The notes beneath the pieces are model-generated. The model saw only the letters and a program-made list of their open reading frames with translations, did not search any database and was not told where the DNA came from. Shown one piece after another: positions 10,522 through 20,597 of a stretch of 64,000 nt of DNA (its first letter is position 1; the number at the start of each line of letters is the position of its first letter). The stretch is from an uncultured Pseudomonadales bacterium (GTDB lineage: Bacteria; Patescibacteriota; Microgenomatia; UBA1400; PJMF01), in assembly GCA_964583795.1 (NCBI GenBank), contig CAZOWX010000001.1, forward strand, positions 30,569 to 94,568, given 5' to 3'. A program made the position numbers and the translations under genes.

Positions 10522-11313
10522 ATGATCTCAGTTGTACTCGCGACCCACAACGAAGAAAAAAACATACAGCGCTGTTTGGAAGCGGTAAAAAGTTTTGCTG
10601 ACGAAATCATTGTTGTGGATGGTGCGTCAACGGATCAGACAGTTACCATTGCCAAAAGATTTGGGGCTCAAATCACTTCAACTACCAATAAACCCTTATT
10701 TCATATCAATAAACAGATGGCTATGGATATGGCAAAAGGGGAGTTAGTCCTACAACTTGATGCCGATGAAGTCGTTGATAAAGAGTTAGCCAGATGTATT
10801 CAAAAAATTCACACGCAGATAATCAGTGAGAAGCTTTCATCCGCACTTCCGTCGGCCTGGTGGATTCGTCGTAAAAACTGGTTTTTATCACGTTTTTTAA
10901 CAAAAGGTGGACAATATCCTGATCCAGTGATTCGACTCTACCAAAAAGGCAAAGCGCATTTACCGCAAAAAGATGTGCACGAACAAATGCAAGTCGATGG
11001 AGAAGTGGGCTTTGCAAAGGGACATTTACTGCACTATAGTAGTCCAACTTTTAACGTTTATTTGCGCAAATGGAATGACTACGCCACACTAAAGGCCAAA
11101 GAACTACTGGCACAAAAACGCTCAATATCTGCTGGCAACGCGGTTTATTTTTTACTTTTTAAGCCTGTTATAACCTTTCTTTCCATATTCGTTCGTCACA
11201 AAGGATTTGTCGATGGCATACCAGGATTCATTTTTGCGTTGTATAGTGGGTTACTGTTTCCAGTTGCATACTTAAAGTATTGGGAGATGCTACAAAAAAA
11301 GAATCAAACATGA
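10522..11313 (+). CDS. GT2 glycosyltransferase (WaaE/KdtX-like)
   Basis: ATHNEE, VDGASTD, LDADE, DVHE. Paralog of 1007..1834. Confidence 0.88.
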   Translation: MISVVLATHNEEKNIQRCLEAVKSFADEIIVVDGASTDQTVTIAKRFGAQITSTTNKPLFHINKQMAMDMAKGELVLQLDADEVVDKELARCIQKIHTQIISEKLSSALPSAWWIRRKNWFLSRFLTKGGQYPDPVIRLYQKGKAHLPQKDVHEQMQVDGEVGFAKGHLLHYSSPTFNVYLRKWNDYATLKAKELLAQKRSISAGNAVYFLLFKPVITFLSIFVRHKGFVDGIPGFIFALYSGLLFPVAYLKYWEMLQKKNQT

Positions 11314-12395
11314 CCGTCCTACTCAATTCATCACCACTGCATAATGCCAACTCAATACGTGGCGTTGGAGTGTATACCCGTTTTTTGTCGGATGCACTTG
11401 AATCGCTTCAAACTCAACAAGACCAGTTTATTACCGGTGATGATATTGGACTTGATCAGCTCAACGCCATTATGGCAAAAAGAGGAATTGACATCATGCA
11501 TTACCCTTTTTTTGACCTGTTTTTGCACACATTGCCATTACCAATTGAACAAAAAATTCTTGGCAAATCAAAACAAAAAGTAGTTGTTACCATCCACGAC
11601 GTGATTCCACTGCTTTACCCCGATCATTATCCAGTTGGTATAAAGGGTTCATTTCATTTCTTTTTGCAAAAACAAGCATTGAAAAGTGTTGATGCAATTA
11701 TTACCGATTCTCAGACTTCCAAAGCAGATATCGTAAAGCATCTTTCGATGAATGAAGAGAAAGTCACCAGCATTCCTCTGGCAGGAAACCCTCAACTTCA
11801 AAAAAGTGACGCTGCTACAATTGCTAAAGTTCGCTCACACTTTCAATTACCTAAACATTTTGTGCTCTATGTTGGTGATATCAACTATAATAAAAATATT
11901 CCAGCGTTGATTCAGGCAGTACAATCAATCGATCAAAATGTTCATCTGGTGTGTGTGGGTAGGAATTTTTACCCACAACATATTCCTGAATGGCAAGCAA
12001 TAGAAGCAGTGCTTGAACCAGTAAAAGATAGGGTTCATTTTCTAACAAAAATTGCTAAAGATGATACTCAAACATTATCGGCCCTTTATAGTACTTGCGC
12101 GGTATATGTTCAACCGTCGTTATATGAGGGGTTTGGGTTACCCCTTTTAGAAGCAATGCAGTGTGATGCTCTGATTGTTTCCAGTAACACCCCTGCATTG
12201 ACAGAAATTGGAGGAGAAGGAGTACTCTTTGTTAAGCCGTCCACTAGTGAACTTGCTCAAGGAATCAAAAAAACGCTTTCATACACAGAGCAAAAAAAAC
12301 ACCAATTGAAAGCTAAAAACCACGAAACAGTACAACACTTTTCCTGGCACAAAACCGCTCTGCAGACAATCCAAGTGTATAAAAGCGTCCTATGA
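11310..12395 (+). CDS. GT4 glycosyltransferase (MtfB-like)
   Basis: RGVGVY, TIHDVIP, KNI, PSLYEGFGLPLLEAM. Confidence 0.9.
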   Translation: MTVLLNSSPLHNANSIRGVGVYTRFLSDALESLQTQQDQFITGDDIGLDQLNAIMAKRGIDIMHYPFFDLFLHTLPLPIEQKILGKSKQKVVVTIHDVIPLLYPDHYPVGIKGSFHFFLQKQALKSVDAIITDSQTSKADIVKHLSMNEEKVTSIPLAGNPQLQKSDAATIAKVRSHFQLPKHFVLYVGDINYNKNIPALIQAVQSIDQNVHLVCVGRNFYPQHIPEWQAIEAVLEPVKDRVHFLTKIAKDDTQTLSALYSTCAVYVQPSLYEGFGLPLLEAMQCDALIVSSNTPALTEIGGEGVLFVKPSTSELAQGIKKTLSYTEQKKHQLKAKNHETVQHFSWHKTALQTIQVYKSVL

Positions 12396-15277
12396 AAAAA
12401 ATAGTGTTACTACTTACTATCGCTGTACTCACGTGGGTCAACTTTCACACCTATCTTGATTCACGCTTCCCTTACACCAATGATGGAGAAAATCATCTCG
12501 CTCGATTTGCCAACTATAGAATTGCTTTGAAGGAAGGGCAAATTCCTCCTCGTTTCGCTCCCAATTTAATTAACCACTATGGCTATCCGGTCTTTAATTT
12601 TAACTATCCACTAGCCAACATTCTCTCGTTACCGCTAAGCGCTGTAAAGCTCAATCCAGAGCTCTCATTTAAGCTTATTGCGGTGAGTGCTTATGTGTTT
12701 GGATTGATAGGGATGATGCTGCTGTTGTCAAAACGCACACAATCAACCAAAGCAATACTACTTGGGTTGGTCGTTTTTGGAACAGCACCCTATTTTGCTA
12801 ATACCATCCTTTTCCGTGGGAGCATAGGTGAGCTGCTCGCTTTGACTATCCTTCCATGGGTACTACTCACAATTCACAAAACGATTGAGAATCATCGGTT
12901 TTCGGTATCGACTGTCATCATCTGGTCAGTTTTTTTGCTGAGTCACAACGTTAGTGTCGTCATTTCTATTCCATTTTTACTTGCATACACATTTTTTATG
13001 ATGTATCAGAGCAAGAAAATAACTACTTTTTTTTCCTTACTAAAAATGAGCGTAGCTTCGATAGGATTAACGTTGTGGTTTTGGCTACCAGCTTTAGCTG
13101 AAGCAGATGAGACCGTCGTGCGATCGGCAGCAATCGCGAATCAATTTTTTCAACACTTCCCAACAACACAGGAGTTATTGTTTGGTCAGTTACGTTTTGG
13201 TTTTTCCGAGATTGGCCCGGTCGATTCACTGGGGATGCAACTAGGAGTCGTTGTAACGGTGAGTATTTTCTTAAGTATGCTCGCAGCGATAAAACTACTG
13301 ATTACTAAACAAAAAATTTCTAAACGGATATTTTTTTTATTCTCAACAGTACTGCTGTTAATCTTTTTACAACTCGATCTCTCATCATTTATTTGGAAAC
13401 TCATTTCTCCGCTTCAGATTATTCAATTCCCGTGGCGACTCGCGCTACTCACGACGCTGGTCACACCACTTTTATTGATTGAAGTGATTCCGTACCTTTC
13501 TCGAAAGCTACTGTATTTGGTCGGCATGTTTGCATTGATGAGTGTATATCTTATTGCGCAACTCACACCAATCGATTACTTTCATAAAGAGCAAATCGAG
13601 TATGATTTATTCTCACAAAGCACTTCGACACAAAATGAGAATCGTACGAAAAATTTTAGTTATATTGAAATTGGTGATTGGAAGCCAACAGCAATAATAG
13701 AAGGGAATGGGAGAAGTGATGTTCGAGTGTGGACTGGATCTCACAGGTTTTATAAGCTTAACTTACAATCAACAAGTCTTATTATCGAGCCAACGATGAA
13801 TTTTTTAGGGTGGGAGACAACGGTCATAGACAAATCAGGCAAAAAAGAATCCATCAGGTACATCGATAATAATCACACTCAGGGCCGAATTGCTTTTGAA
13901 CTACCAAGCGGTGAGTATGAAGTGCGGTCAAGATTTACCCAAAATACTATTGCTCGAAAGATGGGGAACTCACTTTTTGTCGTGACACTTACACTGTTGA
14001 TCGGGTTTTTTATCATCCGAAACAAGGTCTATACAAGAACAATAGCAACATTTCGATCGCTAGCTGATACCCAAAAACTCATCGTGATTGCCACAATCTG
14101 GTGGGTTTTTCTCTTTATTATCGGAGCAGTTGCGCATTTCGCAATCCCCTTCACCAATACATTTTCTACCTATGCTGTACAGGAAGCCTCTCAATTACCG
14201 GACTGGTTTAAACATTGGGGAAACTTTGATGGGGGATCGTATATGATTATTTCTGAAAAAGGCTATCTTGGGATCGGTCTTATTCAGGCGTACTTTCCTG
14301 CCTATCCAATCATACTCAAGATCGTAACCGATAGACTTTCTTTTTTGGTTCCTTTGTTTGAAATTTCAATCCTTGATGTTCGCTTCATTAGCGGGATAGG
14401 CATTAACTTTATACTGACAATACTGCTATTTGTTGTCGCTAACCGATATTTTTCACTCCGATTCTCAATGCGGCAACGAACGAATATATTAATAGGTTTT
14501 CTCCTTTTTCCAACGGCGTTTTTTATTCATGCTCTGTACACGGAAACATTTTTTCTTTTCTTGCTGGTCCTGAGTCTCTATTTTTATCATAAAAAAAAGT
14601 TGAAATTGTTGTCGATAACGCTGATAGGGCTGACTGCTACTCGCATTGTGGGGATTGTTCTGGTCCCAGCACTCGTTCTTGATTTACTTTTTAGCTATAA
14701 GTGGGACTCGAAAAAATCTGTTATTAAACAAGTAGCACTATTCACTCGACAACACTTTCAAACAATTACTGCCATTGTAATTGGTGGGAGCGGCTTAGCA
14801 CTCTACATGTGGTATCTTTGGATGAATTTTCAGGATCCACTGTACTTTTTTCATGTTCAGTCATCATTTGGAGCAGGCAGACAACAATCAATTGTGACAT
14901 TTCCTCAAGTTGTCTGGAGATATATTAAAATTTTGTGGACAGCCCGTCCATTTAACTTGATGTATTTCAATTACCTCCAAGAGTTTCTGTTTACAATGGG
15001 AACACTTTTAATTTTAGTCATTGCCTTCATCAAAAGAAAGCAACTAAACATTTCATTACCTGAACTGTTTTTTAGCATCGGGGCGTTCTTTCTGCCTACG
15101 TTAACTGGAAATTTTTCGAGTATGCCCCGGTATGTACTTGTTTGTTTGCCAATTTTTATTGTCACGAGCCGGTTGTTTGAAAAATCGAAACTCGTGAAAT
15201 ATATTTACGTCACACTAAGCACATGTTTAGCTTGTATGAATATTATTTTGTTTATCCAGGGACACTGGGTCGCCTAA
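12392..15277 (+). CDS. Double GT-C fusion: PTPS-related/YfhO-like membrane domain plus PIG-V-like mannosyltransferase
   Basis: N-half has DGENHLAR...YGYPVFNF.YPL and QFPWR. C-half has WGNFDG..Y..I...GY, YFPAYP, FPTAFF...YTE, SMPRY. Confidence 0.75.
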   Translation: MKKIVLLLTIAVLTWVNFHTYLDSRFPYTNDGENHLARFANYRIALKEGQIPPRFAPNLINHYGYPVFNFNYPLANILSLPLSAVKLNPELSFKLIAVSAYVFGLIGMMLLLSKRTQSTKAILLGLVVFGTAPYFANTILFRGSIGELLALTILPWVLLTIHKTIENHRFSVSTVIIWSVFLLSHNVSVVISIPFLLAYTFFMMYQSKKITTFFSLLKMSVASIGLTLWFWLPALAEADETVVRSAAIANQFFQHFPTTQELLFGQLRFGFSEIGPVDSLGMQLGVVVTVSIFLSMLAAIKLLITKQKISKRIFFLFSTVLLLIFLQLDLSSFIWKLISPLQIIQFPWRLALLTTLVTPLLLIEVIPYLSRKLLYLVGMFALMSVYLIAQLTPIDYFHKEQIEYDLFSQSTSTQNENRTKNFSYIEIGDWKPTAIIEGNGRSDVRVWTGSHRFYKLNLQSTSLIIEPTMNFLGWETTVIDKSGKKESIRYIDNNHTQGRIAFELPSGEYEVRSRFTQNTIARKMGNSLFVVTLTLLIGFFIIRNKVYTRTIATFRSLADTQKLIVIATIWWVFLFIIGAVAHFAIPFTNTFSTYAVQEASQLPDWFKHWGNFDGGSYMIISEKGYLGIGLIQAYFPAYPIILKIVTDRLSFLVPLFEISILDVRFISGIGINFILTILLFVVANRYFSLRFSMRQRTNILIGFLLFPTAFFIHALYTETFFLFLLVLSLYFYHKKKLKLLSITLIGLTATRIVGIVLVPALVLDLLFSYKWDSKKSVIKQVALFTRQHFQTITAIVIGGSGLALYMWYLWMNFQDPLYFFHVQSSFGAGRQQSIVTFPQVVWRYIKILWTARPFNLMYFNYLQEFLFTMGTLLILVIAFIKRKQLNISLPELFFSIGAFFLPTLTGNFSSMPRYVLVCLPIFIVTSRLFEKSKLVKYIYVTLSTCLACMNIILFIQGHWVA

Positions 15278-15318
15278 ATACAAAATTCTTAACAAAAAAT
15301 CGATGATTGAGGAGCACT

Positions 15319-16257
15319 ATGTCACAAAAAATTATTGTTACCGGTGGAAGCGGCTTCTTAGGCACACATCTTTGTCGCTCGTTGCAAAAAGAGGGGTATG
15401 CGGTCCTCAACATTGATTTAAAAGAGAGCAGTGAAGTACAAACCATCATTGCCGATATCAGAGATGAAAAAGCAATGCACGAATACATCAAAGATGCCGC
15501 TGCAGTTTTTCACCTAGCGGCACTAATTGAAGCAGGTGAGTCGGTAAAATTTCCTCAAAAATTTATTGACTATAATGTTTCTGGCACAGTAAGCGTACTT
15601 GAAGCGATGAGAGCAAATAGCATTCCTCTGTTTTTATTTTCCTCAAGTGCTGCTATCTACGGCGAACCTCTGAGAGTTCCAATTGAGGAAGATGACAGAA
15701 CTTTGCCTATTAATCCATACGGAATGACCAAGCTTGCCATGGAAGCTCTAGTATCTTCTTATGTTTCCAGTTTTCAGATGACTGGAGTCGCTTTGCGGTA
15801 TTTTAATTTGTATGGACCAGAAGAACATCATCAGCCAGAATCTCATGCAATTCCGCGGTTTATTCGTCAAATTTATCACGGTGAGGAAGTAACAATCTGG
15901 GGAAGTGGGGAGTATCAAAGAGACTTTATTCATATTTCAGATGTTGTCAGTGCCCATACATTGGCACTACGCTACGCCTTAGAGCACCCAAAACAGTACC
16001 ACTACTACAATATATCAACAGAGATTCCGAAAAGCGTCATTGACGTCATTCACATGGTCGAAAAAGCAATGGGGAAGACAGCCAATATCACTCATTATCC
16101 TGATCGACCCGGCGATCCACTGATCCTGGTGGCTAAAAGTCAAAAAGCCAGGAATGATCTTAACTGGGTACCGCAGATGAAAATTGAAGATGGAATTGCC
16201 CAAACTGTTGAGTACTTTGTCAATCTCTGGAAAAATCAACCACCTAAAGATTTTTAA
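15319..16257 (+). CDS. galE: NAD-dependent epimerase, UDP-glucose 4-epimerase-like
   Basis: GGSGFLG, FSSSAAIYG, PYGMTK (YxxxK), RYFN, RPGDP. GAGGAG RBS upstream. Confidence 0.75.
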   Translation: MSQKIIVTGGSGFLGTHLCRSLQKEGYAVLNIDLKESSEVQTIIADIRDEKAMHEYIKDAAAVFHLAALIEAGESVKFPQKFIDYNVSGTVSVLEAMRANSIPLFLFSSSAAIYGEPLRVPIEEDDRTLPINPYGMTKLAMEALVSSYVSSFQMTGVALRYFNLYGPEEHHQPESHAIPRFIRQIYHGEEVTIWGSGEYQRDFIHISDVVSAHTLALRYALEHPKQYHYYNISTEIPKSVIDVIHMVEKAMGKTANITHYPDRPGDPLILVAKSQKARNDLNWVPQMKIEDGIAQTVEYFVNLWKNQPPKDF

Positions 16258-17788
16258 GTATTCCGGATAGATTTTTCAGTCGCTCCAGTAAAATCACCGG
16301 AGAGTTCATCAGCAGGTCTGTTAGTGTCCAGTTTTTCATTACCACTAACCACCAATTTTTGGCATCAAGGAAATATTTATACACACCCCAGTTTTTCGAA
16401 CTTGAGTGTTTTGCATGAATCACTCGAGAAGAGCTCGACACAACATTATGGTATCCAGCTCTTCTCAAACGAAGACTCAAATCAATATCTTCAAGGTATG
16501 ATCCAAACTTCTCATCAAATAACCCCACCTTTTCTAAAGCGTCAGCATTGTAGAGCACACAGGCTGCATTGGTCGCGGGAACCACTGTTGTTTTGTTTTT
16601 GGGTATTGTAGTGATTGGAACTGCTTTTCCCTTTTTAACTACTTCAACTCCTGCCGATTCAAGTTGTTCGTTTAAATCATAAATAAGTGGATTCAAGGAA
16701 CCAATTTGTTTCGTCATTGATTTAAGTAACTCTTCAATACTTCGCTCATTGCCTATCACATCATCATTTATTGTTCCCACATACTCAGTCGTAGCCACCC
16801 GAAATCCAATATTGACCGTCGCTGCAAATCCACGATTGTTATCAATAGGAATAAATCGAACATCTGGATATAAAGCCCGCATTCGCCAGATTTGTTTCCA
16901 GTTTAGGGCTGAAGTAACGATAATTAGCTGCGTTTGTCTTAAAAATGTATAATTCGCATGTAAAAAGTCAGTCAACAAAGCAGCTTTTATATTGGGAACA
17001 ACGAAGCTAGCTCCTTGATGAAGAATCGGATATCCATGCCTATCGGAGAATCGACGAACAACACTTTGTCTCAATATGAGTTGTTGCCAAGCAGAAAAAT
17101 ACTTGCGAGAAAATATATCCAGTGATTGAAAAAACAACTCCCGCTGAAGATATGGTTTCAATCGACTAATACTACCTGCCCCTTTATGCTCAACACTCAA
17201 TGGCGCAAATCCTGTCCTGTATCCAGAAGCTACTAATCGCATCGTTAAGTCACTATCTTCAAACCATAAAAAAAACCGCTCATCCCATCCACCAATTTTC
17301 TCTAAAGCTGATCGTCGAACTAAAACGCAACCACCTACGAGCGTTTTTTGCTTCAACTGTTGATGCTTTACTACATGAAGAGGAGTAAACTCAGAAAGTA
17401 AGGCTTCAAAAGTTGGTAGCGGTTTTTGATACCGCTCATCTGTAAATGTTGGCGAAACAGCATCAAGTTGGTTTTTTTCAGCATAGTGAAATAATTCTTC
17501 TATCTCAGATCCACTAATAAAAACGTCAGGGTTTAAAAACAGCACCCATCTGCCGCTAGTGGCCACTATGCCTTGATTAGCTGCATGTGCAAAGCCTTCA
17601 TTCCATCGATTTTGCAGCCACTGCACTTTTGGGAACCGCTTTTTCAACTCACTCATATTGCTCAATGAACTGTTGTCAACAACAGTAATCTCGTAAGAAT
17701 CAATGCCTGGATACAATCGAGATAAACTCTTTTTCAAATCATCCGGAGAGTGATAATGAATGATAACAATCGAAATGTTTGCTTTCAT
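16244..17788 (-). CDS. Tandem GT2-GT2 fusion glycosyltransferase
   Basis: Two GT-A modules: GFAHAANQG/LNPD/WDERFFLWFEDSDL and GFAATVNIG/INDD/FDEKFGSYLEDIDL. Confidence 0.88.
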   Translation of the reverse strand: MKANISIVIIHYHSPDDLKKSLSRLYPGIDSYEITVVDNSSLSNMSELKKRFPKVQWLQNRWNEGFAHAANQGIVATSGRWVLFLNPDVFISGSEIEELFHYAEKNQLDAVSPTFTDERYQKPLPTFEALLSEFTPLHVVKHQQLKQKTLVGGCVLVRRSALEKIGGWDERFFLWFEDSDLTMRLVASGYRTGFAPLSVEHKGAGSISRLKPYLQRELFFQSLDIFSRKYFSAWQQLILRQSVVRRFSDRHGYPILHQGASFVVPNIKAALLTDFLHANYTFLRQTQLIIVTSALNWKQIWRMRALYPDVRFIPIDNNRGFAATVNIGFRVATTEYVGTINDDVIGNERSIEELLKSMTKQIGSLNPLIYDLNEQLESAGVEVVKKGKAVPITTIPKNKTTVVPATNAACVLYNADALEKVGLFDEKFGSYLEDIDLSLRLRRAGYHNVVSSSSRVIHAKHSSSKNWGVYKYFLDAKNWWLVVMKNWTLTDLLMNSPVILLERLKNLSGILKNL

Positions 17789-18975
17789 GTTTGTCTCAGT
17801 TTAAGATGCACAAAGTATAGATTGATGAGTAATCCGGTGCACTCAGTTCCCAACATTACCCAAGCCGCCCCGATACCACCAGCTATCGGAACTATAAGCA
17901 CATTTAATCCTAAATTTACTACTGTATTTGCTATTCCCCAAGGCAAAAACTGTTTTATTAGTCTAGAACTTTGCACAATCGTACTCAATGGAGAGTTTAC
18001 AAATAGCACTATAGTTACGAGTGAAAATACCTTGACAATCTCTTGAGAAGAAGCGTAGGCATCACCAAGCAATCCTTTGGTTAACAATGCGCTAAGTACC
18101 CAAAGCACACCTGCAGTCACTACACCGGTTATCCCCATAAGAAGCGTTAACATACCAATTTGCCGGCGCGTCATACTCCCTGATTGAGCAGATAAATGAA
18201 ACAAGTTTTGTCCAATAGTATTGGGAAGTAAGCTCACAGCATCAAGATAACGGTAAGCAGCAGAGTACAATCCCAATGCACTATGACCCAACTTTGATTC
18301 CAATATCATCGCATCACCTCTACTATACACTGCCGATGTTACGATCAACGAAGCATACGCACTTGATTCACTCAAAACTTTTTGAAGTTCATGAAATGAA
18401 CATCGGCGTAATGTGTAATACTGGGATGGTATATACCAAAAAAGAGTAAACAATGAGCTAAGTAAGAAACTGGCGTATATTTGAAACAAAGTCAGACTGT
18501 GCGCAAAAAAAAGTAGAAGTAGAAACGGAGCAAAATATTTTGATAATTGTTTTAGCGCAATGTAAATGGGTTGCTTGTGCACTAAGTAATAGGCATCAAC
18601 AATACTAGTCAAAGCTTCTGGAATCAGTAACAATAAACCAATAGTCAATTCAAGAAACGAAAAAACCCGAAACATACTGACGTACACAGCAAAAATAACC
18701 ATCGCCACTAGCAAAGTGACCAAGCGAGCTTGAGCACTCTTGCAAATAAGCTCTTGTTCTTTGTCTTTCGACCAATGCACTTGAAACCATTGAATGAGTC
18801 CCCAATCAAAGATGAGGGTGAGCAGTGAGATAACAATCATAAAATAGGAAAACTTACCAAAAATTTCAGGTTCAAGAACGCGTGCAAAAAAAATAAACAA
18901 AGCAGTTGAAAATAACTTCACAAGTAGTAAACCAGAAAAGTGGGCCCCTGAGCGAACAAGCAGTTTTCGTACCAT
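17785..18975 (-). CDS. Wzx-type oligosaccharide flippase
   Basis: Polytopic; ARVL....FG.F, D...L......LGLYSAAYR, LN..L.P..G.IGAA. Confidence 0.85.
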   Translation of the reverse strand: MVRKLLVRSGAHFSGLLLVKLFSTALFIFFARVLEPEIFGKFSYFMIVISLLTLIFDWGLIQWFQVHWSKDKEQELICKSAQARLVTLLVAMVIFAVYVSMFRVFSFLELTIGLLLLIPEALTSIVDAYYLVHKQPIYIALKQLSKYFAPFLLLLFFAHSLTLFQIYASFLLSSLFTLFWYIPSQYYTLRRCSFHELQKVLSESSAYASLIVTSAVYSRGDAMILESKLGHSALGLYSAAYRYLDAVSLLPNTIGQNLFHLSAQSGSMTRRQIGMLTLLMGITGVVTAGVLWVLSALLTKGLLGDAYASSQEIVKVFSLVTIVLFVNSPLSTIVQSSRLIKQFLPWGIANTVVNLGLNVLIVPIAGGIGAAWVMLGTECTGLLINLYFVHLKLRQT

Positions 18976-19052
18976 ACAAATACGCTTAACAAGCGTCTCA
19001 AAACAGATGAGTACTGTAAGTATAGCAGCTTGGAAAAGAGTTAGGGAAATAG

Positions 19053-20597
19053 CTATTCAAATCCCCAGCTGTAAAGTGTCCCGGGCCAGATTGAGTAGGG
19101 ATTATCATCAAGAGGATAATGGTCAAGGTGTATTTCTTTGCGTAAATATTGTTGAGCAAACTCTACGACGTCTGCGGGTAACGAGCTGTCATCAATCCAA
19201 ACAAAACCGTGTTGATACTGATTCATCACTTTTTGAAAATCATCAAGTGACCCTACAAATCGAATCGCTGGGCTTGAAAAATTAGGAAGTACTTTTTCAC
19301 TATTGAGCAAAGAGACTGCAGTTGTTTTTGCCAAACCATTTACCGTCCCTTGCTCATTTTCCCAATGAAAATAAAACATGTTTGGATTTTCATATCCCAA
19401 GTACCATCTGGCTCGATCTGGCCAGGTATCTACAATTGCGACTGGCTGCGAACTGCTCATAACTTTTTGTTTTATGATTGAGTACACCAGATCATAATCA
19501 AGCAAAGCAATTTCCCGCATATCGTGATTCACAGAATAGTACGCTTTGGGTTTGATAACAAAAGTATCACCATTAGCAATAATAAATAGCGCGAGTAACA
19601 AAACAAACCCTGTTGCCTTTTTAGCCGCAATGCTGTGACTTACTGTTGCGAGCGCGAAACTTGCCAATATCAATATGAGTGGGTAGATCGGTAAAATGTA
19701 CCGAGAAACGTATGGACCAAACACAAAACTGACGAATACTAAGAAAAGTCCTGCTGGAACAACTAGTAAAAATGTACCTTTTTTGTAATGAAAAAAGTTC
19801 ATCAAGACACCGAGTCCCGCCAAAAAGCTCATCAAAGTATGTTCTCGCCATAAAAAGCTGTGATAGTACCACAAATTATTTGGGTGATTTCTCAAAGCAA
19901 CTAACAAATTTGCGATAACTGTCCCACCACTACCATTAAACAGCATTAAACCACCGAATATTCCCAAAACAGCAGCCCCATAGTGCCAATATCTTCGAAA
20001 AGTATTTAAAGAAAATAAATGCCAATGAAAACCTAAATAAACGGCATGGAATATCATTCCGATCACAACAATCCAAAAGGTTGTATGGGTTACAATCCCA
20101 AGAATAATCAATGCTGTCAAATACAATAATTTTTTAACTTCAAAATGTTTCACTAAACGGTGATATGTCCACAAGCTCAGCAATATAAGTAACTGAAGCA
20201 GCATGTAACTTCTCGCTTGTCTGGACCAGGCGATTTGAAAATAGGAAAAGGTCGCGAAAAGGCTTGCAGCAAGAGCAGTTTCACGATCATATAATGATCG
20301 GGCTAACAAAAAAACTGCAACAGGGATAGCAGATCCAATCAATACTGAAGGTAAACGTGCCGCTCGTTCTGTTTGACCAAAAAGTTGAAAAAATAATGAT
20401 ACAAGCGCGTGTTGTGTCACATTGTGATGTTCAAATAACTCATCGTGTTGGGTAAACACAGACAAGCCAAATCGCTGGAATAATAACGCATTACGTGCTG
20501 TCGAAAATTCGTCAACCCAAAATGGAGTTTGCAGATTTGGAAGACGATAGAGCAGAGCAATCGCGAAAATCGCAATGAATAAGATTTTTTTAATCAT
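19053..20597 (-). CDS. GT-C membrane glycosyltransferase (PMT_2-like)
   Basis: FWVDE, ARLPS, WSRQARSY, RYILPIYP. Confidence 0.85.
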   Translation of the reverse strand: MIKKILFIAIFAIALLYRLPNLQTPFWVDEFSTARNALLFQRFGLSVFTQHDELFEHHNVTQHALVSLFFQLFGQTERAARLPSVLIGSAIPVAVFLLARSLYDRETALAASLFATFSYFQIAWSRQARSYMLLQLLILLSLWTYHRLVKHFEVKKLLYLTALIILGIVTHTTFWIVVIGMIFHAVYLGFHWHLFSLNTFRRYWHYGAAVLGIFGGLMLFNGSGGTVIANLLVALRNHPNNLWYYHSFLWREHTLMSFLAGLGVLMNFFHYKKGTFLLVVPAGLFLVFVSFVFGPYVSRYILPIYPLILILASFALATVSHSIAAKKATGFVLLLALFIIANGDTFVIKPKAYYSVNHDMREIALLDYDLVYSIIKQKVMSSSQPVAIVDTWPDRARWYLGYENPNMFYFHWENEQGTVNGLAKTTAVSLLNSEKVLPNFSSPAIRFVGSLDDFQKVMNQYQHGFVWIDDSSLPADVVEFAQQYLRKEIHLDHYPLDDNPYSIWPGTLYSWGFE

